Source of the DNA: an uncultured Gemmatimonadales bacterium
GTDB taxonomy: Bacteria; Gemmatimonadota; Gemmatimonadetes; Longimicrobiales; Longimicrobiaceae
Direction of reading: 5' to 3'
Assembly: GCA_963716255.1 (NCBI GenBank)
Contig: OY970303.1
Span: forward strand, 4,960,001 to 5,024,000
DNA: 64,000 bases
Shown here: positions 31,173 to 40,488 of the stretch, piece after piece
How positions within the stretch are numbered: the stretch's first letter is position 1
Layout: every line of letters begins with the position of its first letter
Made by a program: the position numbers and the translations under genes
Notes under the pieces: generated by a model
What the model saw: the letters and a program-made list of their open reading frames with translations, nothing else
What the model was told of the DNA's origin: nothing
Database searches by the model: none

Positions 31173-32119
31173 CGCCGGCGCAGCTCGCGCACGGGCGTCG
31201 CCGCGCGCGCCAGCGTCGCGCCGCCGTAGCGCACGCCGCCGCCCAGCAGCCGCGCCCCCACCGCGAGCCAGGCGCACACCCCCCGCTCCAGGAGCCAGGC
31301 CGGCGCGAGCAGCGAGGCGGAGGCGGGGAAGACCCTCGCTCCGCCGTCCCGCCTGCGTCCGTACTCCGCCAGCGCGGCGACCCCCGCCGCCCCCGCCGCG
31401 AGCGCCCCCCAGTGCCGCTCGCCCGCCAGGGCGGCCACGGCGGGCAGCACGCCCAGCTGCAGGGCGAGCCGCCCCGGCCGCGCCCACTCGTCGTACGCCT
31501 GGCGGACCCGCTGCGAGCGGAAGTGCGCGAAGCTGCACGGCCGCCGCGGCACCATCACCCCCTGGGCCAGCCGCTCCCGCCCCCCCGCGGCGGCCACGGT
31601 GCGCACCAGCTCCAGGTTCTCGAAGAGCACCGCCCCGTCGTACCCGCCCGTGGCGAGCAGCGCCGAGCGGCGCACCGCCAGCGTCCCGGGCCAGTCGCCC
31701 CCGGTGGCGCGGTTCAGCAGGATGCGCCCCGTGTCCCAGCGCGCGTGCCAGGGGAGCGGATCGAAGTGGTTCTGCGGACGCACCACCTCCGCCCCGTCCA
31801 GCGCCGCCGCGACCGCCGCCAGCGAGCCGGCGTCGTAGCGCACGTCGTCGTCCGCCACCACCACCCGCTCGTGCGACGCGTGCCGCACGCCGGTGAGCAC
31901 CCCGCCCACCTTGCCGTTGGGTGTCGCCCGGCCCGCGTCCACCGGGAGGTGCCGCACGAAGCTCCCCCACGCCGCCGCGTGCGCCGCGAAGACGGCCGGC
32001 TCCGAACCGTCCACCACCAGCACCTCCGCGAGGCCCGAGATGCGCCGCAGGTACGCCGTCAGGTCGCCGTCCAGGACGGGGGTGGGCGCGCGGAGCGGCA
32101 GGACGTAGGAGATCTCCAT
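31037..32119 (-). CDS. Glycosyltransferase family 2
   Basis: VLVVDGS, NGKV, VVVADDDVRY, LFENLEL, QRVRQ; 3' end overlaps the convergent gene. Confidence 0.85.
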   Translation of the reverse strand: MEISYVLPLRAPTPVLDGDLTAYLRRISGLAEVLVVDGSEPAVFAAHAAAWGSFVRHLPVDAGRATPNGKVGGVLTGVRHASHERVVVADDDVRYDAGSLAAVAAALDGAEVVRPQNHFDPLPWHARWDTGRILLNRATGGDWPGTLAVRRSALLATGGYDGAVLFENLELVRTVAAAGGRERLAQGVMVPRRPCSFAHFRSQRVRQAYDEWARPGRLALQLGVLPAVAALAGERHWGALAAGAAGVAALAEYGRRRDGGARVFPASASLLAPAWLLERGVCAWLAVGARLLGGGVRYGGATLARAATPVRELRRRHAGALSGASSSTSTSIGLNEPLLESSAEHAVTPTTMSISARSRR

Positions 32120-32175
32120 GGAGCCGCGCCGGGGCAACCGGCATGCCATCGGCGGGGTCGCCGGTGGGGAGCGGC

Positions 32176-32865
32176 CTAGACGGCGGCGCCGAACAGCCGT
32201 CCCACCAGCGCCGAGGCGCCCATCGCCAGCGCGCCCCAGAACGCGACCCGCAGCGCGCCCTTCCACAGGACCGCGCCGCCCACGCGCGCCGCCACGGCCC
32301 CCAGCACGGCCAGGAGGACGAGGGCGCTCCCCGTGACCAGCGGCGCCGTCCGCTCCCGCGGCGTGGCGGCCGCGACGAGCACGGGGAGCAGCGCGCCCAC
32401 CGCGAAGGTGATCGCCGAGGTGAGCGCCGCCTGGAGGGGGCGCGCCGCCGTCGTGTCCGAGATCCCCAGCTCGTCGCGCGCGTGGGCCGCCAGCGCGTCG
32501 CCCTCCATGAGCTGCTCGGCGACCTGCGCCGCGAGCGCGGGTGTCAGGCCGCGCTCGACGTAGATGGCGGCCAGCTCGGCCCTTTCGGCGGGCTCGTCCG
32601 CCGCGAGCTCGCGGCGCTCCCGGGCGAGGTCCGCGGACTCCGTGTCGGACTGCGAGCTCACGGACACGTATTCGCCTGCCGCCATGGACATCGCGCCGGC
32701 CACCAGCCCGGCCACCCCCGCGACCAGGATCGCCGGCCGCGAGGTGCCCGAGGCGGCCACGCCGACCACGAGGCTCGCCGTCGAGATGAGGCCGTCGTTC
32801 GCGCCCAGGACGGCGGCGCGCAGCCAGCCGACGTGCGCGATCCGATGCGATTCACGGTGGCGCAA
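32176..32865 (-). CDS. VIT1/CCC1 family Fe/Mn transporter
   Basis: WLRAAVLGANDG, SMAAGEYVSV, HARDELG; TTG start with GGAGG RBS. Confidence 0.92.
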   Translation of the reverse strand: MRHRESHRIAHVGWLRAAVLGANDGLISTASLVVGVAASGTSRPAILVAGVAGLVAGAMSMAAGEYVSVSSQSDTESADLARERRELAADEPAERAELAAIYVERGLTPALAAQVAEQLMEGDALAAHARDELGISDTTAARPLQAALTSAITFAVGALLPVLVAAATPRERTAPLVTGSALVLLAVLGAVAARVGGAVLWKGALRVAFWGALAMGASALVGRLFGAAV

Positions 32866-33362
32866 CGGTCCTCCATGCGTAGAAATGACAACGGCCGGGC
32901 GGGTACAGGCCCCACAGCCGAATCTGCACCCCAGGACTCCCCTGCGCCACACCTCTGCCTCCGTTCGACGGACGTGGCTTGGTTCGTGCCTTCGCTCTCC
33001 CGCTCCTGTCACCAAGAGACATCGTGCTTCCGGCGGGGAAGAATCGGGGAAGGAATTCGGGCGCGCTCCCTTTTTCGCCCCCCGTGCCTGACCCCCCGCC
33101 CCCGCCTCCGCGTGTCACGCGCGGAAACGACGTAGACGGGCTCACCGACACCGGAGCGGCGCCGGGGCGGATCGCCGCGGCATGCATGCGTGCGGAGCAA
33201 ACGGTGTGGATCGCTTTCCGGGGGTCATGCACGCCGGTCTGACCGTGATCGACGGGACCGAGGCGTTGCATGTCGGCTCGTCGTTCGTGAACGGATACTG
33301 GAACGACGGAGATCAGGAGAGATGACGCAACAGGAAAGCCCAACCCGAGCCTCCGGATCTTC

Positions 33363-34427
33363 ATGACCTCCAGGTTACGCCGGTGGATCCGCTGGGGTGC
33401 GGCCCCGGGGATCGTCGCGTTCCTGCTGCTGGTGGCGGCGGGATGCTGCGGGCGCCAGCCGATCGTGCTGGCGCCCGCGCACCGCTTTCCGCCCGCCGAG
33501 GTTCTGGTGCTGGACGCGCCGGCGGGGACGGGCGCGCCGGATACGGTGACGCATGCCAGCATGCGCAACATCCTCTTCCACCTGGACGACGACACGTTCC
33601 TGCACGTCTACAAGCTGCAGGGCCGCATGCACGATCTCCGTCACACGGGCATCATCCTTCTCGACGACAAGAACACGCTGCTGCTGGAGATCACCGACGG
33701 CGTGCTGGGGATGGGGGCGGACGACCTGACGCGGCTGCTGAACCGCTACGTGTTCGGGTATCCTGGCGCCCCCCTCAGCGACCTCCGCGCCCAGATCCGC
33801 GGCACGGAGCTGGTGTTGAGCGGTTCGCTGCACAAGGGCGCCGTTCTGCCCTTCGAGATGACGGCGGGGGTCAGCCTTACGCCGGAGGGCCAGATACGCG
33901 TGCACCCCACTTCGGTGCGGCTGTGCGGCGCCGACGGCATGGCGCTGCTGCGCGCACTGGGCCTGGACCTGTCCGACATGCTGGACCTGCGCGGGGCCAA
34001 GGGCGTGCGCGCCGAGGGCGATGACCTGCTGCTGGACCCCTTTCGGATCCTCCCGCCGCCACGGATCTCAGGGCATATGACCGCTGTCCGCATCCAGGGC
34101 GGAGAGATGATCCAGGTCTTCGGCCGCGAGGATGCGGAACCGTCCCCGCCGCCGAAAACGGCGGCGGCCTGGCTGTACTTTCGGGGCGGCACGCTCCGCT
34201 TCGGCAAGCTGTTCATGGTGGATGCCGACATGGAGGCCATCGACACGGATGCATCCGACCCGTTCGACTTCTACCTCGATTACTACAACTCGCAGCTTGT
34301 CGCGGGCTACCACGTCACCACCGAGCGCGGTGGTATGGTGGCCTACTTTCCCGATTTCAGCGACCTGGGCACGCCCGCGGGAAGTCGCAGGACCCCACCC
34401 GTGCCTGCCGGTCCAGCCGGGCAATGA
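33363..34427 (+). CDS. Hypothetical beta-rich exported/lipoprotein
   Basis: Signal-like N-terminus with AAGC; host-like codon usage; FRGGTLRFGKL, FDFYLDYY. Confidence 0.65.
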   Translation: MTSRLRRWIRWGAAPGIVAFLLLVAAGCCGRQPIVLAPAHRFPPAEVLVLDAPAGTGAPDTVTHASMRNILFHLDDDTFLHVYKLQGRMHDLRHTGIILLDDKNTLLLEITDGVLGMGADDLTRLLNRYVFGYPGAPLSDLRAQIRGTELVLSGSLHKGAVLPFEMTAGVSLTPEGQIRVHPTSVRLCGADGMALLRALGLDLSDMLDLRGAKGVRAEGDDLLLDPFRILPPPRISGHMTAVRIQGGEMIQVFGREDAEPSPPPKTAAAWLYFRGGTLRFGKLFMVDADMEAIDTDASDPFDFYLDYYNSQLVAGYHVTTERGGMVAYFPDFSDLGTPAGSRRTPPVPAGPAGQ

Positions 34428-34490
34428 TCGGGACTCGACTCGCTCGAACATCGACGAGCCTAAGAACTGGCGGACGATGGCACTGGACGG

Positions 34491-34745
34491 GTGCTGGTGC
34501 TGGGGGCCGCCGGCTTCCTCCTCCGGGACGCGGTGGAAACGTCCCCCACGCCGGCGCGGATCACCGTGGAGGTAGATTCAGTCATCCGCGCCGGACAGGG
34601 GTACCTGGTGGAGTTCCGCGCCCGCAACGAGGGTCAGACGACGGCAGCCGGACTCACCGTGGTGGGGGAGGTCCGGTGCGATTCCGGCAGGGTGGAGAGG
34701 AGCCAGGTCACCCTCGACTACGTGCCCGCCCGCGGTACGCGCAGG
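34491..34745 (+). pseudogene. TIGR02588-like protein fragment
   Basis: GYLVEFRARNEGQTTAAGLTV...TLDYVPARGTRRG, then frame is lost. Confidence 0.5.
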
Positions 34746-34759
34746 GGAGCCCGCCCGCG

Positions 34760-35370
34760 GCGGAGCTTGCGGCCGACCCCGTCCTCTACCTCTACCTGTT
34801 CGCCCTCCCGCTGCTGGTGTTCGCGGCCTTCGGCGGGCTCCTCGGCGGCAGGAAGGACCGGCTGCTGGCGGCGAACGCCCTCCTTCGCGACCTGTCCATC
34901 TCCGACCCGCTCACGGGGCTGCGCAACACGCGCTACTTCTGGGAGCGCCTGGGTGAGGAGTACGCCCGGGTCCTGCGCACCGGCGAGCCGGCCTCGGTGC
35001 TGGTGGTCGACCTGGACCACTTCAAGGACGTCAACGACCGGCACGGCCACGTGGCGGGCGACCGGGTGCTCCGCGGGACGGCGGAGGCGATCGCCGCCGC
35101 GATCCGGCGGGCCGACACCGCCGCCCGCGTGGAGGACATGGCCGCTCGTGTGGGCGGCGAGGAGTTCGCCGTGCTCCTTCCCGGCACGGGGCTGGAGGAC
35201 GCAGCGGCGGTGGCGGAGCGGGTGCGGACGGAAATCGCCGCGCTGGAGGTGCCGGTCCGCGACGGGGAGCGGGTCGGGATCACGGCCTCTGTGGGTGTCG
35301 CCTGCGTGGCGGGTGAGCTCCCCGGTGGCGACCTGGCGCTCTTCACCGCCGCCGACCGCGCCAGGTGCGA
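34760..35370 (+). pseudogene. Diguanylate cyclase (GGDEF) fragment lacking its own start and end
   Basis: DPLTGLRN, DLDHFKDVNDRHGHVAGD, RVGGEEF, TASVGVA, ADRA truncated. Confidence 0.8.
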
Positions 35371-35460
35371 GGGCCGCGGCCTGGTTCTCCATCCTGGTCA
35401 CGGGCCGCTACCCGTCCGGGCTGTACCACTTCGCCACGGGTGTGCTCCACCGTTTCACGG
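35370..35460 (+). pseudogene. DUF4389-like fragment
   Basis: AWFSILVTGRYPSGLYHFATGVL. Confidence 0.45.
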
Positions 35461-35472
35461 GAGGAGGGGTCC

Positions 35473-35731
35473 ATGTGGCTTCCATTCTCGGCCGAGCAGT
35501 TCATGCGCGTGTTCGAGCGCTACAACCTGGCGGTCTGGCCGGCGCAGCCGGTCTTCTACGCGGCCGCCGCGGGAGTGATGGTGCTCGTCACGCGCCCCGG
35601 GAAGCGCGGGGGGGCGGTGGATCAGCGCGGTGCTGGCGCTCTTCTGGGCGTGGATGGGCGTGGTCTACCACTGGGCCTTCTTCGCACGCATCAACCCCGC
35701 CGCGTTCCTCTCCGCCGCCCGCGTGCCATCC
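35473..35731 (+). pseudogene. DUF6064-like membrane protein fragment, frameshifted at a G-run and cut by the IS
   Basis: GAGGAGG RBS; MWLPFSAEQFMRVFERYNLAVWPAQ; shifted frame LFWAWMGVVYHWAFFARINPAA. Confidence 0.55.
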
Positions 35732-36792
35732 TAGAGCCGTTCCCGAAAGAGATTAGAGCAAGTAGCCGCAGTGCTGGAACCAGCCGTGGGCATCCTCAGC
35801 CGTGATGCGGTCGAGGAGTTCGGCCAGTGCGCTCTCCAGCGCCTCCATCGAGCGGGCTGCCGCCGTACGCAGGAGGGTCTTGAGCTTGCTCCAGGCCTGC
35901 TCGATCGGCGCGAAATCGGGCGAGTAGGGCGGCAGGTAGAGCAGACGCAAGCCTGCCGCGTGGAGCTTCTCGCGCACCTTCGGCACCAGATGCGGCTTCA
36001 GGTTGTCCAGGACCACGATCGCACCGGGCTTCTTCTCCACCAGGTCGGGGATCAGAACCTGATCGAGGTAAGCGAGGAAGACCGGCGTATCGGTGGCCGC
36101 TGGAATGCTCATGACGCCGAGCAGCCCCTCCAGGGCGAGCCCGCCCAGGATCGTCAGCCGCTTGTAGTTGCCGAACGGCACGCTGCCTCGCGCCCGCGCT
36201 CCGGGAGCGGCACGGGCGTAGCGGCGCACCATGTGGGTGTCGATGCCGCTCTCGTCCACGAAGACCAGAGCCCGCACGTCGACTCCGGCAATCGTTTCGC
36301 GGAACTCGGCCCGCTTCTGCTGAACGTCGGATCGGTCCTGTTCAGCGGCTCGCAGCGTTTTTTTTCCGCGGTAGCTTCAGCTTCTGTAGCGCACGGTGGA
36401 GTGCCGAACGGCTCACACTCACCCCCATGCGTTCTTCCACCAAGGCGCGATACTCCTTGATGGTGCGGTCATTCGCTTGCTCGACCATGTCCGCCAATTG
36501 CTTCATCCGCTCTTCATCCAGCCTCGGCTGCGGTCCGCCTGCGTGCGGGAGAGGCGCCAAGGTGGCGTCCTCCTTCCAGCGCCGAAGCCAAATGTAGAGC
36601 GTGGCCTCTCCGATCTCGAATTGCCGGGCCACCTCGGCGCGCGTCATCTCTCCCTTCAGTGCCGCGGAAACAGCACGTTGACGCAAATCTGCTGAGTAAG
36701 GTGCTGCCATCGTACTCCTGTGCAGTCCTGAGACTTAAAACTGCACCCGTTACCCTTGCGGCGTCCTATTGGTCCACCTGGGAACCGCTCTA
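35732..36792 (-). mobile_element. IS630-family insertion sequence
   Basis: Termini TAGAGCCGTTCCC (35732) and reverse-complement TAGAGCGGTTCCC (36780-36792), 12/13 match, TA ends; about 1.06 kb. Confidence 0.92.
35753..36710 (-). CDS. IS630 transposase (orfA HTH + orfB DDE joined by -1 frameshift at A8, 36358-36365)
   Basis: MAAPYSADLR HTH; FVDESG, VLDNL, LPPYSPDFAPIEQAWSKLK. Confidence 0.92.
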
Positions 36793-37755
36793 ATCCGGAA
36801 GGTCCGTCACGGTCGGCGGCGGCCAGCCCCCAGACACCTTGACGACGGCGGGAAGACGGATCTCGAGAGCGCCGTCCGCCAGCATGGTGATCGGGGCATT
36901 CTGCAGGCGCAGAAGCCGCTCCGCGAGCGGGAACTGCTCGTCCGCCCGCACGGAGCCGTCCTCGATGAAAAGGCGCACGGCGCCCTCGCCGGCCTCGGCC
37001 CCCAGGCGCACGTGTGAGCCCGGCCCGACGCGGGCAGCGAGACGGTCCAGGAGCAGCGACAGCGCCTCGCGCGTGTGCCGTGGATCGACGTGCACGTGGG
37101 GGAGCGCCGGAGACAGGTCCGTTTCCAGCGTGCCGCCCGCCTGCCGGATGCGCGGCGAGGCCGCGGCGAGCACCGGAGCCAGCAGGTCGCGCGGGCGGAT
37201 CGCCTGCGGGCGGAACTCCACTTGGCCCGCGTCCAGCTCCACGATGCGGGCGACGAAGCGGAGCTCCTCGCCGGCGGCGTCCGCCGCCGCCTGCGCAGCC
37301 GAGATCATCTCCTCTTGGTTCTCGTTCAGCGCTCCGAACGGGCTGGCAAGGAGGATGTGCAGCGGGAGCCGTACCTCGTCCAGCCTGCGGCCCACGGCGG
37401 CGGCGGTGTCCGCCAGCAGCCCGGCGTACTCCCGCACCAGGGCTTCGGCGGCCTGTCCGCGCGACTCGCCGCTCCGCTGCGCCTCCGCCATCGTCCGCTC
37501 GATGAAGTCCAGCTCGTCCGCGCCCCCGCTTTCCACGGTGCCGTCGCGCCGGACAAGTGCGTCGATGCGCCGGGCCACGTACCTCGTGTTGCGCCAGGTC
37601 AACCCGAGCGAAACGACGGCTGCGGCGAGCCCGGCCAGGACCAGCCACTCCGGGACCTGGCGCCCCCGCTGTCCCCAGTACGCCAGCGCGGCCATCGCCA
37701 GCACGCCCAGCACCGCAGGGACGACGGCTAGGAATAGACGCTGCCCCACCCTCAT
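36790..37755 (-). CDS. Membrane protein with a degenerate His-less HisKA/HATPase-like domain
   Basis: 2 TM; RLDEVRLPLHILL in place of SHELRTPL; FGALNENQEEMI; G boxes eroded; ATGA-coupled to upstream KdpD-N. Confidence 0.7.
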   Translation of the reverse strand: MRVGQRLFLAVVPAVLGVLAMAALAYWGQRGRQVPEWLVLAGLAAAVVSLGLTWRNTRYVARRIDALVRRDGTVESGGADELDFIERTMAEAQRSGESRGQAAEALVREYAGLLADTAAAVGRRLDEVRLPLHILLASPFGALNENQEEMISAAQAAADAAGEELRFVARIVELDAGQVEFRPQAIRPRDLLAPVLAAASPRIRQAGGTLETDLSPALPHVHVDPRHTREALSLLLDRLAARVGPGSHVRLGAEAGEGAVRLFIEDGSVRADEQFPLAERLLRLQNAPITMLADGALEIRLPAVVKVSGGWPPPTVTDLPD

Positions 37756-38897
37756 CGCGCGTCCTCCGTTTCGGTGAACGAGACGACCAGCACGTCCACG
37801 CCCGCAGCGCGCTCGACGAGCCGGTCGATCACCGAGCCCTTCAGGACGCGGTGCAGGCGTGAGCGGTGGGTTCTCCCGACGACGATCATCGACACGCCTT
37901 TTTCCCGGGCGAAGCGAAGGAGCGCCTGCGCCACGTCGTCCGCTTCCAGCTTCACGATCTCGGCGCCCATCCGCTGCGCAAGCTGGATGTTGTCCACCAG
38001 CCGTCGCTGGATCGCGGCGTCGATGCGCGCGGCGCTCTCCTCCGGCGTCTGCACGTAGACGCAGTACCAGTCCGTGTTGAGCCGGCCGGCCAGGCGGCTG
38101 GCCTTCTGGAGGAGGACGTCGGTGCGCGGGGGCATGCTGCTCATCGCCACCAGCACGCGGTCGGCGGACCGGGGGACCCCGTCCTCACGGCCGACGATCC
38201 CGGCGCGGAGCCGGTCCACCGAGCTCGCCACTTCGCGCAGCGCCAGCTCGCGCAGGACCGTGAGGTTTTCGGGGGTGAAGAAGTTCTGCAGCGCGGCAGT
38301 GACCTTGTCGGCCGCATAGACCTTGCCGTCGATCAGCCGTTGCCGGAGCTCCTCGGCGGGGATGTCGATGTTCACTACCTGGTCCGCGCGCGCCGCCACC
38401 CAGTCGGGAACGGTCTCGCGCACGTTCACGCCCAGCGTCTCGGCGACAATGGGGCCCAGCGACTCCAGGTGCTGCACGTTCAGGGTGGAGACCACGTCGA
38501 TCCCGGCGTCGAGCAGTTCCAGCACGTCCTGCCAGCGCTTGGCGTTGCGCGAGCCGGGGACGTTGGAGTGCGCCAGCTCGTCCACCAGCGCCACGCGCGG
38601 CCGGCGCGCGAGCACGGCGTCCACGTCCATCTCCTCCAGCACCACCCCGCGGTACTCGATCCGCTTCCGGGGGACCACATCCAGCCCCTCGAGCAGCGCC
38701 GCAGTCTCGCTCCGGCCGTGCGTCTCCACGTAGCCGGCCACCACGTCCACGCCGCGGCGGCGCAGGTCGTGCGCCTCCTGGAGCATCCGGTAGGTCTTTC
38801 CCACGCCGGCGAAGGAGCCCATGTAGAGCTTGAAGCTCCCCTGGTCTCCCTCCCGGACCCGTTCCACGAAGGGTGCGGTGCTCGCCGCCTCAGTCAT
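37752..38897 (-). CDS. kdpD: KdpD N-terminal domain + USP domain (cytoplasmic part of a split KdpD)
   Basis: GSFAGVGKTYRML, VETHGR, VDELAHSN, KRWQDV, NVQHLESL, LRELALR; C-terminal USP. Confidence 0.92.
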   Translation of the reverse strand: MTEAASTAPFVERVREGDQGSFKLYMGSFAGVGKTYRMLQEAHDLRRRGVDVVAGYVETHGRSETAALLEGLDVVPRKRIEYRGVVLEEMDVDAVLARRPRVALVDELAHSNVPGSRNAKRWQDVLELLDAGIDVVSTLNVQHLESLGPIVAETLGVNVRETVPDWVAARADQVVNIDIPAEELRQRLIDGKVYAADKVTAALQNFFTPENLTVLRELALREVASSVDRLRAGIVGREDGVPRSADRVLVAMSSMPPRTDVLLQKASRLAGRLNTDWYCVYVQTPEESAARIDAAIQRRLVDNIQLAQRMGAEIVKLEADDVAQALLRFAREKGVSMIVVGRTHRSRLHRVLKGSVIDRLVERAAGVDVLVVSFTETEDAR

Positions 38898-38993
38898 CGA
38901 TGATCCTGCCTTGTACGGTCGGGCGGCTACCCGGCGGGGGCCGGTCGAGGCCGCTGCGTACCACGTGCAGCCGGTACGCAGCGGGCGGGGTCG

Positions 38994-39770
38994 TCAGATC
39001 GTGAGCTTGAACTGCAGCTTGCCCCAGACGGTATCGTCGCCGTCCGGCGCGTACGCCGAGCCGTCGAACAGGTGCGTGTAGGCCAGGCTGGGGGTGATGG
39101 TGAGTCCCCGGAAGGGGATGGCGATCCCAGCCGACACGTTCACGTCATTGAAGCCGGCGTCGGCGCGCAGGGCCTCCTGGTCGGTGTAGCCGATGCTGGC
39201 GCCGAGGTCCAGCGGCGTCCCCAAGGGGATGGAGCGAGCGGCGCCCAGCGAGGCGTACAGCCCTTCGATCGTGTCCACGTCGCCCGCTCCCCCCCCGTCG
39301 AAGTCGTAGAACACGCTCAGCGTGGGAGCGAACGGGACCGACGCCAACCCCAGCGAGCCGTACACCTCCTGCGTGACGTAGTCCTGCTGCTCGGCGGGGT
39401 AGATGTAGACGATGTACCCCGCGCCGGCCGCCACCGGGCCCACCGCGCGGCTGAAGGCGGCGCTCAGGTCCACCTCGTCGGTCCCGCCGCGGGTGAGCGT
39501 GGTGCTGTAGGGGACGGTCTCGTCACGGCCGGTTGCCGCGAACGAGGCCCACGCGGTGACGGACAGCCCGGTGTTGCCGAGCGACAGCGTCGCCCAGGGC
39601 TGCACCGCGGGTGCGTCGGTCACGTCCACGCCGCGGAAAACGTAGGAGCTCACCACGTCGGCGGCCACGGTGGCGCCCAGGGGCAGCGGGGTGACGGGCG
39701 CTCTCTCCTGCGCCGGCAGCGCGGCGGGGACGGCAAGCGCGAGCGCCGCCGTGAAAACTTTATGTCTCAT
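38994..39770 (-). CDS. TorF/Gcw_chp-like outer-membrane porin
   Basis: Signal peptide; SSYVFRG, PAVQ, EVDL, alternating beta pattern. Confidence 0.75.
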   Translation of the reverse strand: MRHKVFTAALALAVPAALPAQERAPVTPLPLGATVAADVVSSYVFRGVDVTDAPAVQPWATLSLGNTGLSVTAWASFAATGRDETVPYSTTLTRGGTDEVDLSAAFSRAVGPVAAGAGYIVYIYPAEQQDYVTQEVYGSLGLASVPFAPTLSVFYDFDGGGAGDVDTIEGLYASLGAARSIPLGTPLDLGASIGYTDQEALRADAGFNDVNVSAGIAIPFRGLTITPSLAYTHLFDGSAYAPDGDDTVWGKLQFKLTI

Positions 39771-39837
39771 CGGTCCTGGTCGTTCGGGGTTGGCCGGCTT
39801 CCTCGTGAAGCCGGCGGTACGGAGCGGGGACCTGCGT

Positions 39838-40470
39838 TCAGGTTCCCGCCCGGGCTGCGCTGTCCGTGGCCGCCGGCGCCGCGGGCGCGCGGCCCGTCTC
39901 GCGGTCCAGCGCCAGGTTCAGCATCAGCACGTTCACCCGCAGCTCGCCCAGCAGCCCGAGGGTTCGTTCTTCGGTGTGCTCCTGCACCAGGGCGCGCACG
40001 CGGGCGGCGTCCACGCCGCGCGCCGCGGCGACGCGTGCCACCTGCAGTCCCGCGTTCGCGGGGGAGATGTGCGGATCCAGCCCGCTTCCGCTGCGCGTGA
40101 CCATGTCGGCGGGCACACGCCCCTTCTGCGCCCCATCCTCGCTCGCCGCGCGGGCCACCTCCCGGGCGATCAGCGTGTCGGCCAGCTTGAGGTCGGTGGG
40201 TCCCTTGTTGGTGCCCGCCGACGCGGTGCCGTCGTATCCGGTCCCCGCGGCCGAGGGGCGCGGGTGGAAGTACGCGGGCCCGGCGAAGCCCTGTGCGATC
40301 AGCTCGCTGCCGACCACGCGGCCTCCGGCCTCGACCAGCGAGCCGTTCGCCTGCCGCGGGAAGATCACCTGCGCCAGCCCCGTCACGGCGGCCGGGTACA
40401 GTGCGCCCGTGAGCACCATCAGCACGAGCGTGGCGAGGAGTGCGGGGCGAATCTGGTTCTTGATCATCAT
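39838..40470 (-). CDS. kdpC: K+-transporting ATPase subunit C
   Basis: QANGSL, YFHPRPSA, SGSGLDPHIS, VNVLMLNLALD. Confidence 0.97.
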   Translation of the reverse strand: MMIKNQIRPALLATLVLMVLTGALYPAAVTGLAQVIFPRQANGSLVEAGGRVVGSELIAQGFAGPAYFHPRPSAAGTGYDGTASAGTNKGPTDLKLADTLIAREVARAASEDGAQKGRVPADMVTRSGSGLDPHISPANAGLQVARVAAARGVDAARVRALVQEHTEERTLGLLGELRVNVLMLNLALDRETGRAPAAPAATDSAARAGT

Positions 40471-40488
40471 CGGTTCCGGTTTCGGTTC

